Source: an uncultured Cyclobacteriaceae bacterium (GTDB lineage: Bacteria > Bacteroidota > Bacteroidia > Cytophagales > Cyclobacteriaceae). From it: 64,000 bases of DNA. The notes under the pieces are model-generated. The model was not told the DNA's origin. It saw only the letters and a program-made list of their open reading frames with translations, and made no database searches. The translations under genes were made by a program, and so were the position numbers. Numbering within the stretch: position 1 is the first letter of the stretch; each line of letters begins with the position of its first letter. Positions 29,406 to 38,361 of the stretch are shown piece after piece. The DNA lies in the NCBI GenBank assembly GCA_937146645.1, contig CAKZRQ010000012.1, positions 180,777-244,776 of the forward strand, in the 5' to 3' direction.

Positions 29406-31397
29406 TTAATTATTCTTTGAGTTATCTGCTTCAATGATTAGGTCTCCATCTACTTTGACACCTGTACTATCTATTTCAATAGTCATTGAAGTACCCTCGT
29501 CGTTTGTAATATTTACAGTTGCTGATGCTTCAGCCTCAGTATCTTCTTCTACTTCTTCCTTTTTTTCACACGTCAGGCACTGTAACCCGTCCTCATTGAA
29601 TTCCCATACATTTCTATAACTGACATCCGAAGTTCTATAGCCATTTCTGTAAATGGTGTTTCTAATAATATCGAGGATGGATCTCTCCATGATGAAAGCT
29701 TGACCATAAGGTACCTCAAGGATCAAGTTTAATTTTTGGTCACGGAACATATCTAGTGCATCAATATCAAAGCCCTCATCGAAGGTAATTACTGAGTCTA
29801 GGACGGTGTATTCATAAGTCAAAAGCTTGGCGTTTTCCATTGCTTCTGCACGATTTCGTCCTTTTGAATAGGCCTCACGCTTTAAGGTAAGGGTGCTATC
29901 CGCCGTTCCAACTATTTTCAACCCAACTTCATTGAATGTGGCCTCATCACCTATTTCATTCATTTTTAGAATCAAAGTTCCTCCAGATGCAGGAATGGAC
30001 TCTTGAGTACTATAGGTGTTCTCAGATCGGAACTGCGCGGCTATTCTCGGGATTTGGAATGCACAAATACCGATGCATAGTAACCACAATCCAAGTGCGA
30101 CAAGAGCAAAACGGCCATTGATGATATTCTTTTTTGATAACACGCTAATTCCCAAAAGAATAATTATGATCCCAGGAATAATCATCAAGAATGAAGCTCC
30201 AAATATTAACCAAACCGGGACAAGGTTCGAGAATAGTTCGATTGGGAAATCATCTATCAATGCTTGATAATCTGGACTCTGTAGTATTCCAAAGTACACA
30301 GCCATAGTCAGCAAAGGAGCGATGGTGATCCCTAGTCCTATCATGAATACAATCAATCCAAAAATTACTCGGAAGATGTTTAGGATGAATAGCCCCAATG
30401 GACCTAATGCTTCACCAATAGCGTCAATAATCTGACCTATCACACGGAATGGGGTAAGAAGCACCTCGCGGACTCTAGACTTCTCCTGAGGCTGCTCAGG
30501 ATTCATATTTTCCTTAATGGTAGTATCAATATTATCTAGTGTGATCTCACCACCCTTCATTTTAATTCTCTGAGTGATGGATGCTGCCACTGGAGTTATG
30601 ATCCAGAGTATCAAATAAATCAAAACACCAGAACCGCCGAGAATAATCAGTAGAACAAATGCCAATCTGATGTAAAGAACATCAATACCGAAATAGGCGG
30701 CCATTCCTGACGACACCCCTCCTAATACACGGTCGTCAGGGTTTCGGTAAAGCTTCTTTATATTCTTATCCTCATCCATTTCATAGGACACAGGTAAAAT
30801 AATCCAGAGGACTATGTAGGCTATTACAGCCAAAAGACCCAATCCCAGATTGAATCTGAAATTATCAAAAGGGATTACATTGAATAGGTCAAAATTGAAA
30901 TTCAAATTGCCACTGAATAATAGGAGTATAGCGATAAGTCTGGTCCATAAAGGATCAATGGAGAAGTATTTCGCGAAGCCAGCACATACCCCGCCAAGAA
31001 TCTTTTTGTTCTCCAGACGCACGAGTTTTTTGTAACCTCTCTTGTCCTCGTTTGGAGGGGTTACATACTTGTAATAGTCTTCTCCTTTTGCTTTATCATC
31101 AGTCTCGACTTTTTCCTCAATGACATCTTCATCACCAATAGAGAAATCTTCAATGGTACCCATCTTTTCGATGAGCTTCTCCACATTATCAGCAGTGATT
31201 ACTTGCTTATTATTTTTCAGATTGCTTAAGAAAATCTCAGCTATCCGATTTTCTATGTCAGATATTATCTCATGATTGTCCTTGTAAGACGAAAAATGCT
31301 TGTTTATCGCTTCAAGGTATTTTCGTAGCGTATCATATCCATCTTCTTCGATATGGAAGAGGATTCCACTAATATTTATGCTTATCGTCTTTTTCAT
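29406..31397 (-). CDS. Large membrane protein with two PspC domains and an N-terminal helical PadR-associated module
   Basis: Two PspC signatures: KKLVRLENKKILGGVCAGFAKYFSIDPLWTRLIAILL and KLYRNPDDRVLGGVSSGMAAYFGIDVLYIRLAFVLLII. There are multiple TM helices and a C-terminal extracytoplasmic domain of about 200 aa. The N-terminal ~90 aa helical region (YLEAINKHFSSYKDNHEIISDIENRIAEIF) resembles the DUF1700/HAAS-type module found next to PadR regulators. Confidence 0.7.
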   Translation of the reverse strand: MKKTISINISGILFHIEEDGYDTLRKYLEAINKHFSSYKDNHEIISDIENRIAEIFLSNLKNNKQVITADNVEKLIEKMGTIEDFSIGDEDVIEEKVETDDKAKGEDYYKYVTPPNEDKRGYKKLVRLENKKILGGVCAGFAKYFSIDPLWTRLIAILLLFSGNLNFNFDLFNVIPFDNFRFNLGLGLLAVIAYIVLWIILPVSYEMDEDKNIKKLYRNPDDRVLGGVSSGMAAYFGIDVLYIRLAFVLLIILGGSGVLIYLILWIITPVAASITQRIKMKGGEITLDNIDTTIKENMNPEQPQEKSRVREVLLTPFRVIGQIIDAIGEALGPLGLFILNIFRVIFGLIVFMIGLGITIAPLLTMAVYFGILQSPDYQALIDDFPIELFSNLVPVWLIFGASFLMIIPGIIIILLGISVLSKKNIINGRFALVALGLWLLCIGICAFQIPRIAAQFRSENTYSTQESIPASGGTLILKMNEIGDEATFNEVGLKIVGTADSTLTLKREAYSKGRNRAEAMENAKLLTYEYTVLDSVITFDEGFDIDALDMFRDQKLNLILEVPYGQAFIMERSILDIIRNTIYRNGYRTSDVSYRNVWEFNEDGLQCLTCEKKEEVEEDTEAEASATVNITNDEGTSMTIEIDSTGVKVDGDLIIEADNSKNN

Positions 31398-31753
31398 TTC
31401 TTAGAGGTGATTTGTGTGGTAGACTGCACTAGTGATTTCCAGGTATCTGCAAGAGTATCCAGAAATGTCTTTCCTTCTTCGGTGATGGAATAATACTTCC
31501 GTGGTGGTCCCGATTCCGATTCTACCCATCTATATTCCACTAGCTCGGAAGACTTAAGTCTATTTAGCAGTGGATATAAAGTACCTTCGACCACTATCAT
31601 TTCGGATGCTGTTAGTTCATCAATCAGGTCGGAGGTGTAAACCTCACCTCGTGAGATGATATACAGCACACAAAACTCCAAGAGGCCCTTGCGCATTTGA
31701 ACTTGTGTATTTGCTACATTCATGTTTGACTTTTTTTCTTTTTCAGGGAGCAA
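31394..31753 (-). CDS. PadR family transcriptional regulator
   Basis: 119 aa winged helix: LEFCVLYIISRGEVYTSDLIDEL...EGTLYPLLNRLKSSELVEYRWVESESGPPRKYYSITEEGK. The stop overlaps the downstream ATG (ATGA at 31394-31397). The start may instead be the internal Met at 31723. Confidence 0.85.
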   Translation of the reverse strand: MLPEKEKKSNMNVANTQVQMRKGLLEFCVLYIISRGEVYTSDLIDELTASEMIVVEGTLYPLLNRLKSSELVEYRWVESESGPPRKYYSITEEGKTFLDTLADTWKSLVQSTTQITSKK

Positions 31754-31989
31754 AATTCCCCTTGCTCGCTATTCTTTAAGAAAAATGATACCATGTTTTT
31801 TACCCGCTACCTTGTATTACATAATTCTAGGTAATAATCAGAACTTTGCGAATGCGAATTCAGAAAAGAATGGCTTTTCTTTCCATTTGAGAGGGGTTTA
31901 TCGTCCTTTTTATTCAATTGAACTTTTTTTCAGGAGTATTTTCATCGTGACCTTTGAAATGAAAAAATGTTAAATACTGGACATATTTC

Positions 31990-32005
31990 TGTACGAATTC
32001 GTACA
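31990..32005. promoter_or_regulatory. Perfect 16-bp palindrome TGTACGAATTCGTACA, candidate operator
   Basis: Read directly from the sequence. It lies 72 nt upstream of the porV-like GTG start (32077) and 237 nt upstream of the padR start. Half-sites TGTA-N8-TACA resemble the short inverted-repeat operators of PadR-type regulators (ATGT-N8-ACAT class). Confidence 0.4.
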
Positions 32006-32076
32006 CAGGGCCCATACTTTTTTATTTAAATTCCACTCGGTTTTAATCGGTTTAGATTTTAGTTTATTTTCGGATT

Positions 32077-33189
32077 GTGATAGGGAGTAAATTTTATAGG
32101 CTGCTTGGCGTGATCCTCCTCGCCAGCGTTCAATTATGCCTTGGCCAAACCGTCGCTCCCAAGTATTCCAATGAGTTTCTGAATATAGGCGTAGGAGCCA
32201 GAGCCCTCGCGATGGGCGGTGCTCAGGTGTCCGCAGTGCGGGATGTCACTGCCTCTTACTGGAATCCGGCAGCATTGACCGCCATCCAACATAAGTATGA
32301 ATTCAGCTTAATGCACTCTGAATACTTTGGCGGAGTAGCTCAATATGACTATCTAAGCTTTTCTACTCCGATAAAATCCGAAAGCCAGGTTGCAGTTTCT
32401 TTGATTCGTTTTGGGGTAGATGATATTCCAGATACCAGATTCCTTTACGATGCCAACGGTGCACTGAATTATAACAATATTCAATTTTTTAATGCAGCGG
32501 ACTATGCCCTGCTTCTCAGTTATGCCAGAGACATAAGTGAGAATTTTAAGGTGGGTGCTAATGCAAAAGTTGTGCATAGAAATGTTGGGAAATTCGCAAA
32601 AGCCTGGGGTTTTGGTATTGATGTAGGAGCCATTTATACCAAAGAAAAGCTTACTCTTGGTTTGATGCTAAGAGATATAACCACCACATTTAATGCTTGG
32701 TCTCACAATGCAGAGCTTGTTCGAGATGTATTTTCTCAAACCAATAATGAAATTCCAGTTAATAATCTGGAATTGACCTTGCCTCGAGCAATTCCCAGCA
32801 TATCCTATCAATGGGGACTTGGAGAACAATTTTCACTTCTCACCGCCCTTGATTTAGAGGTGACATTTGATGGAAATAGAAATACGCTGGTAAGTACCTC
32901 AGTTTTCAGTATGGACCCCAGAGTTGGATTGGAGTTAGGATTTCAAAAATTGGCCTACTTAAGAGCGGGTGTAAGTAATTTTCAATACATCAAAGATTTT
33001 CAAGGAGAAGAATCTTTGAATTTTCAGCCTAGTGCTGGTGTAGGAGTTTTGATAAGCAATAGATTCCAAATTGATTATGCTTTGACGGATATTGGGAATG
33101 TTTCCGAAACGCCTTACTCACATGTTTTCAGTGTAAAGGTTAGTCTTGAAAAACTTGAAGAGGATTTTAAAAAGTTCGCAGCCTGGTGA
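32077..33189 (+). CDS. PorV(LptO)-like outer-membrane beta-barrel protein (second-type, PorV2-like)
   Basis: GTG start and signal peptide ...SVQLCLGQ. N-terminal motif FLNIGVGARALAMGGAQVSAVRDVTASYWNPAAL parallels the conserved ARAxGMGxAxVA...NPA motif of PorV. The amphipathic strand pattern ends in an aromatic-rich C-terminal strand (YSHVFSVKVSL). Confidence 0.65.
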   Translation: MIGSKFYRLLGVILLASVQLCLGQTVAPKYSNEFLNIGVGARALAMGGAQVSAVRDVTASYWNPAALTAIQHKYEFSLMHSEYFGGVAQYDYLSFSTPIKSESQVAVSLIRFGVDDIPDTRFLYDANGALNYNNIQFFNAADYALLLSYARDISENFKVGANAKVVHRNVGKFAKAWGFGIDVGAIYTKEKLTLGLMLRDITTTFNAWSHNAELVRDVFSQTNNEIPVNNLELTLPRAIPSISYQWGLGEQFSLLTALDLEVTFDGNRNTLVSTSVFSMDPRVGLELGFQKLAYLRAGVSNFQYIKDFQGEESLNFQPSAGVGVLISNRFQIDYALTDIGNVSETPYSHVFSVKVSLEKLEEDFKKFAAW

Positions 33190-33190
33190 T

Positions 33191-36100
33191 ATGAAAAAAA
33201 GACTCTTCATAATTGCCATTCTTTTTATCAAAACCATGTTGGTTTTTGGTCAGGAGAATTCATGGATAAACTTCGATCAAACCTATTATAAAATCAAAAC
33301 GGGTAACGATGGGATCCATCGTGTAGCTGCCTCAGCACTTGAGCAAGCCGGCTTAAATCTGGCAGATGTAGACCCTAGAAGTCTTCAGCTCTTTCATCGT
33401 GGTGAAGAAGTGGCAATTTTTGTGTCAGGTGAAAATGATGGTTCCTTTGATGATCAGGATTTCCTTGAATTCTTTGGAAAAAAGAATGACGGCACTCTTG
33501 ATTTCGATTTGTATAAAACTGACAGAATACCAAATCCTTTTTTCAATACCCATAATGATTCTGTTGCCTATTTTCTAACCGTGAATCCTGCAGCACAGGG
33601 TAAGAGGATGGCGACTAGAAATGCACCTGAACCTGATTCACCAACAGTTACGACTTATCAAACAGAAGAATTAAAAGTATTTTCCGATCAATATTCCCTT
33701 GGCTCTGCGTATACCCTTGGATTCAGGCTCTCTTCATATGATGTAGGTCAGGCATGGATGAGTCGATTGATTCGTAAAGGCCAAAGCTTTGAAGTGAACT
33801 TCTCTGACCTGGGACAAGTAGCTAATGTTCCTTCTATCATAGGATTGGGATTAGTCGGTAGATCTGGAAATACTCATTCTGTACGAATTTCTGTGGGCCC
33901 CAATGCCAATAATCAAAGAGTTCTGAGTACTGAAGTTTTTTCAGGTTATGAATTTCCTCAGTTAGAATTAAATGTTCAGCCTGGAGATTTCTCTCAGGAC
34001 GGAAATTTGGTCCTGGTCCTTCAGCCCAATGGACCTGAAGATGTGGATAATGTTTCCATTACCTACGCTAATCTAACTTACACAAAAGGTGTTGGAACAG
34101 GAGAATTTGATAATGAGCTCATAATCTCAGAGCAGGCTTCTTCAAAGATTTCAATCAACGAAGTGCAGGGAAATTACATTGCTTATGACATCCATAATAG
34201 GGAATCGCCCATTCGGTTGGACCCTTTGGATCAAGATGCAAATTTGTCTTTTGCCACTGGTGCAAATTCAGAAACAAATAGAATCTGGGTTGAAAATCTT
34301 ACTAGTGTAGTCAACATTCAGGAAACGGAACAAATCATTTTTCGAGATCTATTGGGTATTGAAGCCGACTACATTTTGGTAGGCAACCGAGAGCTTGAGA
34401 AAAGCTCATCCCTGTACGACAACCCTATCCAAGCATATGAGGAGCATAGATCTTCTCCTCAGGGTGGAGGCTTTAAGGTTCTCTCAGTCAGAGTCGAAGA
34501 GTTATATGATCAATTCGCCTTTGGAGAAACTTCCCCAGTAGCCATCTTTAATTTTCTTGAAGCCTACTATCCTCGGTATAAGCCTTCACATATGCTTTTG
34601 GCAGGAAGGTCCATGGCTATCTATTCAACTCAGAGAAGCGAGGGGGTGACCTATTTTTATCGGAATAACCCTGCCGTATTCCCATTTCAGGATTTGATTC
34701 CTCCTGGCGGCTATCCATTTTCTGATAATTCGTATGTCATCGGCTTAGATCCAGAAAAGCCTCTTGTGCCGGCAATGGCAGTAGGTAGAATACCTGCAAG
34801 AAATTCTGAAGAGCTTGCTGGATACCTTGAAAAAGCGATCGAAAAAGACCAGGTGGGTATTTCTGAACCCTGGCAAAAGGAGATAACACATTTAAGTGGA
34901 GGAATTTCTGAATTTGAACTCGCAAGATTCTTCAATTACCTGAATGGCTTTGGCGCGATAGCTCAAGGTCCGTTTTATGGTGGTAACGTAACGACTTATA
35001 GGAAGCGATCTAATTCAGTCATAGAGGTCATAGATGTAACTGGAGATTTAAATGAAGGAAGATCTTTAGTTACCTTCTTTGGTCATGGTTCTCCGACCAT
35101 CATTGACATAGATATAGGATTCGTATCCGATCCGACTTTGGGATATGAAAACAGAGGTAAATATCCTGTGATGCTATTTAATGGCTGCGATTACGGGAGT
35201 GCTTTCGGGAATAGTTATACCCAAGGGGAAGATTGGGTGATTACCCCTAGGAAAGGGGCAACTAATATTATGGCGAATACCTCCATAGGTGTAGATGTAA
35301 TCTTGCGTAGGTATTCTGATTTGTTCTATCAAAAGGCCTTTGCTGACAGCTCCTTGATTTATCGAACTGTTGGCGAAGTAAAAAAAGAATCTGAAACCGC
35401 ATTCATAGAAACATTTGGAATCTCCCCTCTCACTTACTCTCACATGGAGCAGATGGTGATGTTAGGAGACCCTGGATTGAGAATGTTTCCTGCGGACAAA
35501 GCTGACTACGCTATACTAGAGGAGGAAGTGGAAATAAGTGGATTTGATGGTGAATTTTTAAACTCACTTTCCGACAGTATCAACTTAGCCTTTGTAGCCA
35601 GAAATATCGGGAGAGTGGATACGGATTCCCTCGATTTTAAGGTAAGCAGAACTTTGCCCGATGGGCAAATTTTAGCTTATGAGCCAGTTGATATTGCTTA
35701 CATTTCGAGAGCTGATACATTACAGTTCTCCCTTCCAAATCAAGGATTTAATTCTGCAGGAGAAAACTCTTTCACTGTTGAATTGAATACCTTACGGAAG
35801 GTTGATGAGCTGACTTTCGCGAATAATTCAGTGACTGTTTCAGAGTTTATTCCTTTGAGTGGTTCGCTCAATATAAGCCCAAATGATTTTGGGATTGTAC
35901 CTTCCACAGATGTAACTCTGGTTTCTCAGGTTCCTGGTAAATCTACCTCCGAGCGAACCATAATCATTCAGCTTGATACCGCTTCTGATTTTTCATCAGC
36001 TTTCAGAAAAGAGACCAGAATATCTACCAGAAATCTTGCAGAGTGGGATTTAAATCTTGAAAATGATCAAGATAGCTCGACCTACTATTGGAGGTCCAAA

Positions 36101-38203
36101 TTCCAGGAAATAAAGGAAGGTGAAGCTGATGTTTGGACAAATTCGAGTTTTTCAGTTATTAAAGATTCTCCCCGCGGATGGACCCAGAGAGATGCTGCAC
36201 AACTGGATTATAACCAAATAGATAATCTCAAGATTTCAATCGAGAATGGAGAGTGGAGTTATTTGGATCAAGAGTTGGGAATTGAGGTTTTCACCTTTGG
36301 AAGTGGGGTGGATTCTCTCGACTTCCAAAACACCCAATTTTATCTGGATGAGGTACCTCAAATTCTGGATAATGTGAATAATGCCAATAGTAGATTATGT
36401 CCTAATGGTTCTTTGGGATTAGTCGCTTTCCAGCAAAAAACACTTTTCCCTTATCTAGGCATTCCCATCCCAGGCTTTGACATCCTGGATGCTCGAGCCT
36501 GTGGAAGAGTCCCACAGATTATCCAAAGTATCCGAAATAACTGGATTGTTGATCCTGCTAACTCCATTCTTCAGGATTATGTCCGTGGAATTACTGAAGG
36601 AGACTATGTCGTTATTTTTTCTGTTGGGGATGTCAATTTTGAGGATTGGCCGGATAGGGCATTCGAGAGCCTTAGGGAATTCGGTGCTAATGAGGCGACT
36701 CTTAGGAAACTAAAGAGCGGAGACCCTTACATTCTCTATGGAAGAAAGGGTATGAGCCCCGGTGAGGCGATTGAAATAGTGGGAAACCCTGATTTTGAAG
36801 TTCCAGAAAATGAGCAGGTTCTGTCTTTCGAGACGGATCTTACCGGGTACTTCACGAATGGTTGGATTTTGACGCCTAAAATAGGTCCTGCTAGGAACTG
36901 GGAGAGATTCTTCCAAAGCGTTAATGCAAGAGATTGGATAGATGAAGAGAATACTACTCAGTTTGAAATTTTTGGGGTAAAAGACAATGGGGAGGAAGAT
37001 CGCCTCAGAATGGGATTCTTTGAAGAACAAGTAGATTTAACAGATATTTCGGCTAGCACATATCCATATTTGCGGTTACAATATTTCATGGATGACCCAG
37101 AATCTACTGCCCCGGCTCAGCTTGATCGATGGCAAGTGAACTTTGAAGGTGTTCCTGAAGGAGTACTTACTGTGAATACGGACAGAGATCGGGTTGAACT
37201 TCGAGAAGGAGAGGAGGCTAGTCTTGAGTTTACTTTTACTAATGTATCAAGTCAGGATTTTCTTGATAGTATTCAAGTAGAATATATTCTTGAGAATGTG
37301 AATTCAAGTAGAGAGGAGCAGACAGTCGTAAAAATTCCTGCCCTGAAAGCAGGTGAGAATCATACCTTCCGAATTGATTTCAATTCAGTAGAAAATGTGG
37401 GAGCCAATACACTTGAGGTATTTGCAAACCCGAGAATTCAGCGAGAGCAAACTTTCCGAAATAATCAGATTGATATGGGAGAATATTTCTTTGTGGAGGG
37501 AGATAATTCATCCTCGATTCTCGACGTTAATTTTGACGGTATCTACATTATGGATGGGGACTTGGTTTCACCCAATGTGTTAATCACAGCAGCCCTCAAG
37601 AATGATGAAACTCTGCTTTTCAAGACCGACACCATTGGGATGGAGCTTTTCTTAAAGCAGAATTGTGAAGGATGTAATTTTGAAAGGGTAAACTTTTCGA
37701 ATCCTAATCTGACATGGACTCCTGCTAGTGAGGATAATGATTTTAAGGTGTCATTCTTACCTGGACCTCTCGGCGATGGAGAGTATACCTTAAGAGTGGT
37801 AAATGAGGATTCCAGCGAACCTTTCGAAATTTCTTTCGAGGTAGTTAATGAATCTCAAATCACTAATTTCTATCCATATCCAAATCCTTTCAGTACAAGT
37901 GTGCGATTTGTTTTCACTCTGACAGGCTCGGAAATCCCAGATGAGATTAAAATTCAGATTATGACTGTCACTGGCAGGGTGGTAAGAGAAATCCTCCAGG
38001 ACGAATTAGGCCCTATTCGGATAGGTAATAACATTTCTGATTTTGCTTGGGATGGGAAGGATGAATTTGGAGATCAGCTGGCCAACGGAGTCTATATTTA
38101 TCGGGTTTTAGTGAGGAAAAATGGTCAATTCTTTGAGCATAGACCAACAGCTGGAGATCGAGGTTTTAACAAAGGGTTTGGCAAAATGTATTTATTACGA
38201 TAG
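33191..38203 (+). CDS. Giant C25 (gingipain/PorU-like) cysteine peptidase, putative T9SS sortase-like protein (PorU2-like)
   Basis: I prefer ATG 33191 (MKKRLFIIAILFIKTMLVFGQ, a clean signal peptide, 1 nt after the upstream stop) to the TTG at 33146. N-terminal PorU-like region: WINFDQTYYKIKTGNDGIHRV. Caspase-fold dyad: VTFFGHGS (His codon 35084-35086) and MLFNGCDYG (Cys codon 35186-35188). Two CARDB-like modules (ARNIGRVDTDSLDFKV; FTNVSSQDF...LKAGENHTF). C-terminal CTD/FlgD-Ig-like beta-sandwich: FYPYPNPFSTSVRFVF...WDGKDEFGDQLANGVYIYRVLV. Confidence 0.7.
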   Translation: MKKRLFIIAILFIKTMLVFGQENSWINFDQTYYKIKTGNDGIHRVAASALEQAGLNLADVDPRSLQLFHRGEEVAIFVSGENDGSFDDQDFLEFFGKKNDGTLDFDLYKTDRIPNPFFNTHNDSVAYFLTVNPAAQGKRMATRNAPEPDSPTVTTYQTEELKVFSDQYSLGSAYTLGFRLSSYDVGQAWMSRLIRKGQSFEVNFSDLGQVANVPSIIGLGLVGRSGNTHSVRISVGPNANNQRVLSTEVFSGYEFPQLELNVQPGDFSQDGNLVLVLQPNGPEDVDNVSITYANLTYTKGVGTGEFDNELIISEQASSKISINEVQGNYIAYDIHNRESPIRLDPLDQDANLSFATGANSETNRIWVENLTSVVNIQETEQIIFRDLLGIEADYILVGNRELEKSSSLYDNPIQAYEEHRSSPQGGGFKVLSVRVEELYDQFAFGETSPVAIFNFLEAYYPRYKPSHMLLAGRSMAIYSTQRSEGVTYFYRNNPAVFPFQDLIPPGGYPFSDNSYVIGLDPEKPLVPAMAVGRIPARNSEELAGYLEKAIEKDQVGISEPWQKEITHLSGGISEFELARFFNYLNGFGAIAQGPFYGGNVTTYRKRSNSVIEVIDVTGDLNEGRSLVTFFGHGSPTIIDIDIGFVSDPTLGYENRGKYPVMLFNGCDYGSAFGNSYTQGEDWVITPRKGATNIMANTSIGVDVILRRYSDLFYQKAFADSSLIYRTVGEVKKESETAFIETFGISPLTYSHMEQMVMLGDPGLRMFPADKADYAILEEEVEISGFDGEFLNSLSDSINLAFVARNIGRVDTDSLDFKVSRTLPDGQILAYEPVDIAYISRADTLQFSLPNQGFNSAGENSFTVELNTLRKVDELTFANNSVTVSEFIPLSGSLNISPNDFGIVPSTDVTLVSQVPGKSTSERTIIIQLDTASDFSSAFRKETRISTRNLAEWDLNLENDQDSSTYYWRSKFQEIKEGEADVWTNSSFSVIKDSPRGWTQRDAAQLDYNQIDNLKISIENGEWSYLDQELGIEVFTFGSGVDSLDFQNTQFYLDEVPQILDNVNNANSRLCPNGSLGLVAFQQKTLFPYLGIPIPGFDILDARACGRVPQIIQSIRNNWIVDPANSILQDYVRGITEGDYVVIFSVGDVNFEDWPDRAFESLREFGANEATLRKLKSGDPYILYGRKGMSPGEAIEIVGNPDFEVPENEQVLSFETDLTGYFTNGWILTPKIGPARNWERFFQSVNARDWIDEENTTQFEIFGVKDNGEEDRLRMGFFEEQVDLTDISASTYPYLRLQYFMDDPESTAPAQLDRWQVNFEGVPEGVLTVNTDRDRVELREGEEASLEFTFTNVSSQDFLDSIQVEYILENVNSSREEQTVVKIPALKAGENHTFRIDFNSVENVGANTLEVFANPRIQREQTFRNNQIDMGEYFFVEGDNSSSILDVNFDGIYIMDGDLVSPNVLITAALKNDETLLFKTDTIGMELFLKQNCEGCNFERVNFSNPNLTWTPASEDNDFKVSFLPGPLGDGEYTLRVVNEDSSEPFEISFEVVNESQITNFYPYPNPFSTSVRFVFTLTGSEIPDEIKIQIMTVTGRVVREILQDELGPIRIGNNISDFAWDGKDEFGDQLANGVYIYRVLVRKNGQFFEHRPTAGDRGFNKGFGKMYLLR

Positions 38204-38361
38204 CAAAGCAGTAATCGCTGAGTTCAGATTGAATTTACTCTTCAATTTTATCATCTTTATCCCCCTCTAGTTTGAAGAAAGGAACCATTCTGAGAAATAT
38301 TTCCTTTCCGAGAAACAAGTCACCTTTCAAGAGATTATAGACTTTAAGAAATAAGATATTT

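Noticed and set aside
31722-31973. 83-aa plus-strand ORF in the padR/porV-like intergenic region.
   Set aside because: It starts inside padR on the opposite strand. It is hydrophobic and low-complexity, with no recognisable domain. The region is better explained as divergent promoter and operator DNA.
33146-33190. TTG-initiated 15-codon N-terminal extension of the PorU-like ORF, as given in the ORF track.
   Set aside because: It would overlap the porV-like gene by 44 nt and bury the signal peptide. ATG 33191 gives a canonical signal sequence right after the upstream stop. For similar reasons I moved the starts to 50069, 58682 and 59724.
38204-38361. Possible SAM riboswitch or terminator upstream of the trans-sulfuration gene, including an 8-bp hairpin GAAAGGAA (38277-38284) / TTCCTTTC (38301-38308).
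   Set aside because: I could not recognise SAM-I, SAM-II or SAM-I/IV consensus elements. The hairpin has a 16-nt loop and no following T-run. A covariance-model scan (Rfam/Infernal) would settle it.
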